This document shows positions 22,712 to 25,663 of a DNA stretch of 25,663 nucleotides, piece by piece. The stretch is from Candidatus Acidiferrales bacterium (GTDB lineage: Bacteria > Desulfobacterota > Binatia > Binatales > Binataceae), in contig DASQHV010000186.1 in assembly GCA_035631915.1 (NCBI GenBank), forward strand, positions 1-25,663. Reading direction: 5' to 3'. The notes below the pieces were generated by a model. The model did no database searches, was not told where the DNA came from, and worked only from the letters and a program-made list of their open reading frames with translations. How positions within the stretch are numbered: the stretch's first letter is position 1; the number at the start of each line of letters is the position of its first letter. The position numbers and the translations under genes were made by a program.

Positions 22712-25458
22712 GCTGCGACTCCGTCGGCGGGATTCTGCTCGGCCTGCTCGAGCAGGGCGGCGCGCAACTCGCGCATCCGATCGAGGTCCGTGATTTTGCG
22801 GCCCGCGCGATCGCTCACGTAGAAGACGTCGAGCGCCTGGTCCGCGTTGGTCGAGATGCGCGCGAGATGGATCAGCAGGCCCAGCTTGAAGAGCGTGTGG
22901 GTGATCGCGAACAGCAGGCCGACACGATCCTGTGTGAACACGTCGATCACGGTGAACTGTTCCGAAGTGCGATTGTCGACGGTGACTTCGGTCGGCACGC
23001 GCCGCGTGAACTTTCGTCCCGCGCTCTGCACGTGATGCGCCGCGGCGACCAGCGCAGCGATTTCTTGCTCGCCGGTGATAACGCTTTCAAGGTCGCGCTC
23101 GACGCGCAGCCATCGATCCTCTTCCAGAGCCATCGACGCTGCGCCCATCTCGTGTGAGACGCGGAACACGTCCATCGCGACGCCGTTGGCGCGGGTGGTG
23201 ATTCGCGCGGAAAGGATATTCAAATTGTTGGCGGTGAGCGCGCCCGCGATCATCGAAAACAACCCCGGCCGGTCGCGCGTGACGACCGTGAACTCGCTGT
23301 ACTCGAGTTCCGGGAAATGGCGGATGCGGCAGACCAGCGGACGGTCCTCCAGCGCGCGCATCAGTTCGAAGTGCAACGGGATGTCGGCCTCGGGCACGGT
23401 GAAGAAGTAGCGGTCCGGCATCTCGTCGAGGAACGCGCTCACGTCCGCTTCAGGAGCGGTCGCGGCGATTAGCGTCTCGCGCACCGCGGACTTTACCGTC
23501 GCAAGCCGCCGCGCCGGATCGACGGCCTCGCGATCGCCCTGTTCGAGAACTTTGAGCGCGCGCATGTACAAATCGCTCAGCAGCATATCGCGCCAATTGT
23601 TGTAGACCTTGGGCGCCACCGCGCGCATGTCCGCGTAGGTCAGCAGGTAAAGCGCCTTGAGCCGATCGATCGAGCCGACCGCGCGCGCGAACTCCTCGAC
23701 GGTGGTCTGATCGTCGAGGTCTCCCTTCTGCGCGACCTGCGACATCATCAGGTGATTCCGCACGAGGAATACCACCAGGTCGACTTCTTCGCTGTCCAGG
23801 CCGAGACGCTGCGACACTTCGGCGGTGAGGCTGGCGCCGCGTTCATGATGGTCGTGGCCGTGGCCCTTGCCGATGTCGTGCAGCAGCAGCGCCAGGAACA
23901 CCAGCGGCAGGCAGTCGAGCTCGCGCGCGACTTCGGTCAGCAACGGCGTGGGATCCTTGAACTCGCCGGTGCGCAGGCGTTCGAGCTCGCGCACCGCGAC
24001 CAGCGAATGCCGGTCGACGGTATAGATGTGGTAGAGGTCGTGCAGCACGCGCGCGTAGAGATTTCCGAACTCGGGAATTATCGCGCCGAGCACTCCGGAT
24101 AGATGCATCGCTTCGAGCGTGTCCGCGACGCGCTGGCGGCCGGACAGAATTTTCATCAGCGCCGCGGCCAGCCGCGGATCGTTGCGGAGCTTGTCGTCGA
24201 TGAGCCCCAGGTTGTCGCGCACCAGCTGATACGCGCTGCCCGAGAGACCCACGCCTTGCGCCTGGCAATCGGCGTAAATCGTGATCAGGTTGAGCGGATC
24301 CTGTTTGAAAAAATCAGCTTGGGCGACACTCAACAGGTTCTGCTGAACGATCACGCCCGGCCGAATTTTTCGCGTTGGCGTGCGGCGGAAAAACCGGCCG
24401 CCGGGACTGTTCTCCGTGACGCGCGCGATGAGTCCCTCGGCAAAGCGATGCACCGTGGAGGCGTGCTGGTAGTACGCGCGCATCAGCGCGGAGCCCGCCG
24501 CCTGTCCCGGCGCGGGAGTGAAACCGAGGATCGGCTCGATCCGTTCCTGCATCTCGAAAGTGAGCTGATCGAAATGGCGCCCGGTGAGAAAGTGCAGCGA
24601 GTTGCGCACGCGCCACAGAAAATCGCGCGCCTCGATCACCTCGGCTGCCTCGGGCTCGGTGATGACCGCCTTCTGCACCAGCTCCGCCAGCGCGTGAACC
24701 TTGTACTTGACCTTCGCCAGCCACATCGCGGTGTGCAGGTCGCGCAGACCGCCTTCGCCCTCCTTGAGCTGCGGTTCGAGCAGGTAGATCGAATCGCCGT
24801 ATTGCGCGTGGCGTTGGCGGCTTTCCTCGAGCTTGGTTTTGAAAAACTTGTCCTGGTTGCGATTGAGGACCTCGGCGATCAGAACCTTGTCGAGCTCGGC
24901 GTAAAGTTTTTCGTCGCCGCACAGAAACCGCGCGTCCAGGATCGCGGTTTTTTCCTTCAGGTCGTCGTTCGCAAGGCGCACGCAATCCTTGGCGGTGCGC
25001 ACCCCGTGGCCGACGGTAAGGCCGGCGTCCCACAGCGCATGCAGAATTATCTCGGTGACGATTTCCGCGTACGGTCCGCGCTTGTAGTCGTGCAGAAACA
25101 GCAGATCGACGTCGGACTGCGGATTCAGTTCGCCGCGGCCGTATCCGCCTCGGGCGACGACGGTGAGTTTCTGATTGAGCTTGGGGATGCGGCGGCCATG
25201 TTCCGCGTCGGCATAGCGGAACAGCGCGCGCAGCAAATCGTCCATCGCCGCGGTCATCGCGCCGACGATTTCACTGCCGCTCGCGCCCGCAAAGTGACGC
25301 TCGGCCAGCTCGCCACGAACTGATTCGAGATATGCGCGCGCGTCCGCGCCGGGACTTTTGCTGGAGGAGAACTGCGCGAACAGCGCGTCCGCGCCGCGCG
25401 GAGACGCAGGCGCGATCGCGGAATGCTCCGACTGGTCGGCGCCGACGACTCCGCTCAC
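22708..25458 (-). CDS. glnD: Bifunctional [protein-PII] uridylyltransferase/uridylyl-removing enzyme
   Basis: NTase motif GGYGRGELNPQSDVDLLFL, LEPQLKEGEGGLRD, HD domain (HIYTVDRH, LLHDIGKG) and two ACT domains (DRPGLFS, DRVGLLF). GTG 25458 overlaps the amidase stop. Confidence 0.96.
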   Translation of the reverse strand: MSGVVGADQSEHSAIAPASPRGADALFAQFSSSKSPGADARAYLESVRGELAERHFAGASGSEIVGAMTAAMDDLLRALFRYADAEHGRRIPKLNQKLTVVARGGYGRGELNPQSDVDLLFLHDYKRGPYAEIVTEIILHALWDAGLTVGHGVRTAKDCVRLANDDLKEKTAILDARFLCGDEKLYAELDKVLIAEVLNRNQDKFFKTKLEESRQRHAQYGDSIYLLEPQLKEGEGGLRDLHTAMWLAKVKYKVHALAELVQKAVITEPEAAEVIEARDFLWRVRNSLHFLTGRHFDQLTFEMQERIEPILGFTPAPGQAAGSALMRAYYQHASTVHRFAEGLIARVTENSPGGRFFRRTPTRKIRPGVIVQQNLLSVAQADFFKQDPLNLITIYADCQAQGVGLSGSAYQLVRDNLGLIDDKLRNDPRLAAALMKILSGRQRVADTLEAMHLSGVLGAIIPEFGNLYARVLHDLYHIYTVDRHSLVAVRELERLRTGEFKDPTPLLTEVARELDCLPLVFLALLLHDIGKGHGHDHHERGASLTAEVSQRLGLDSEEVDLVVFLVRNHLMMSQVAQKGDLDDQTTVEEFARAVGSIDRLKALYLLTYADMRAVAPKVYNNWRDMLLSDLYMRALKVLEQGDREAVDPARRLATVKSAVRETLIAATAPEADVSAFLDEMPDRYFFTVPEADIPLHFELMRALEDRPLVCRIRHFPELEYSEFTVVTRDRPGLFSMIAGALTANNLNILSARITTRANGVAMDVFRVSHEMGAASMALEEDRWLRVERDLESVITGEQEIAALVAAAHHVQSAGRKFTRRVPTEVTVDNRTSEQFTVIDVFTQDRVGLLFAITHTLFKLGLLIHLARISTNADQALDVFYVSDRAGRKITDLDRMRELRAALLEQAEQNPADGVAA

Positions 25459-25663
25459 AGATTTCCCACCGCCAGGTCGGCGTTGAAGTAGTGCATGACG
25501 GCGCCGGCGATTCCGGTGGCGAGCAGTTCCTGGTAGTTCGCGCTGGCCAGGCGGCCGGCCTCGGCGGCGTTCGACATGAAGCCGCACTCGACCAGCACGG
25601 CCGGCATGTGCGCGCCGACCAGCACGTAAAATGGTCCCATCTTGGCTCCGAGCGGGTTCACGT
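25455..25663 (-). CDS. N-acetylmuramoyl-L-alanine amidase (Amidase_3), C-terminal fragment; gene continues beyond the window
   Basis: GPFYVLVGAHMPAVLVECGFMSN..E..RL....YQELLATGIA matches the Amidase_3 C-terminal pattern, including the catalytic Glu. Confidence 0.9.
   Translation of the reverse strand, partial: VNPLGAKMGPFYVLVGAHMPAVLVECGFMSNAAEAGRLASANYQELLATGIAGAVMHYFNADLAVGNL

Noticed and set aside
1-25663. CRISPR arrays, tRNA/rRNA genes, transposases, defence systems
   Set aside because: No regularly spaced repeats, cloverleaf or rRNA signatures, or matching protein motifs were seen, and the intergenic gaps are all under about 175 nt.

Overview
A GC-rich bacterial chromosomal window, densely coding, with about 22 genes. 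I found no rRNA, tRNA, CRISPR array, IS element or prophage gene. Gene content and style (amidase-glnD-xerD block, VOC and nitroreductase genes, YfhO-like membrane proteins) suggest a Deltaproteobacteria-like lineage such as Ca. Binatota, but that is inference only. From left to right: (1) a + strand envelope block of two large polytopic GT-C/YfhO-like proteins, a DedA protein and a YajG-like lipoprotein; (2) a - strand pair of a ThDP-dependent 2-keto-acid decarboxylase and an ACSM-like acyl-CoA synthetase; (3) divergent from it, DUF1232 and UPF0182, then a soluble HisKA_3 kinase with a NarL/LuxR regulator; (4) VOC, nitroreductase, an orphan lipoprotein, dienelactone hydrolase and rhomboid; (5) dnaB; (6) a - strand run of amidase, glnD, xerD, site-2 protease, scpA and scpB, whose first five genes are joined by 4-nt stop/start overlaps. 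The best candidates for an undescribed system are the GT-C/GT-C/DedA/lipoprotein block and the decarboxylase/CoA-ligase pair with its palindrome-containing divergent promoter. All product calls come from motif recognition by eye; no database search was run.
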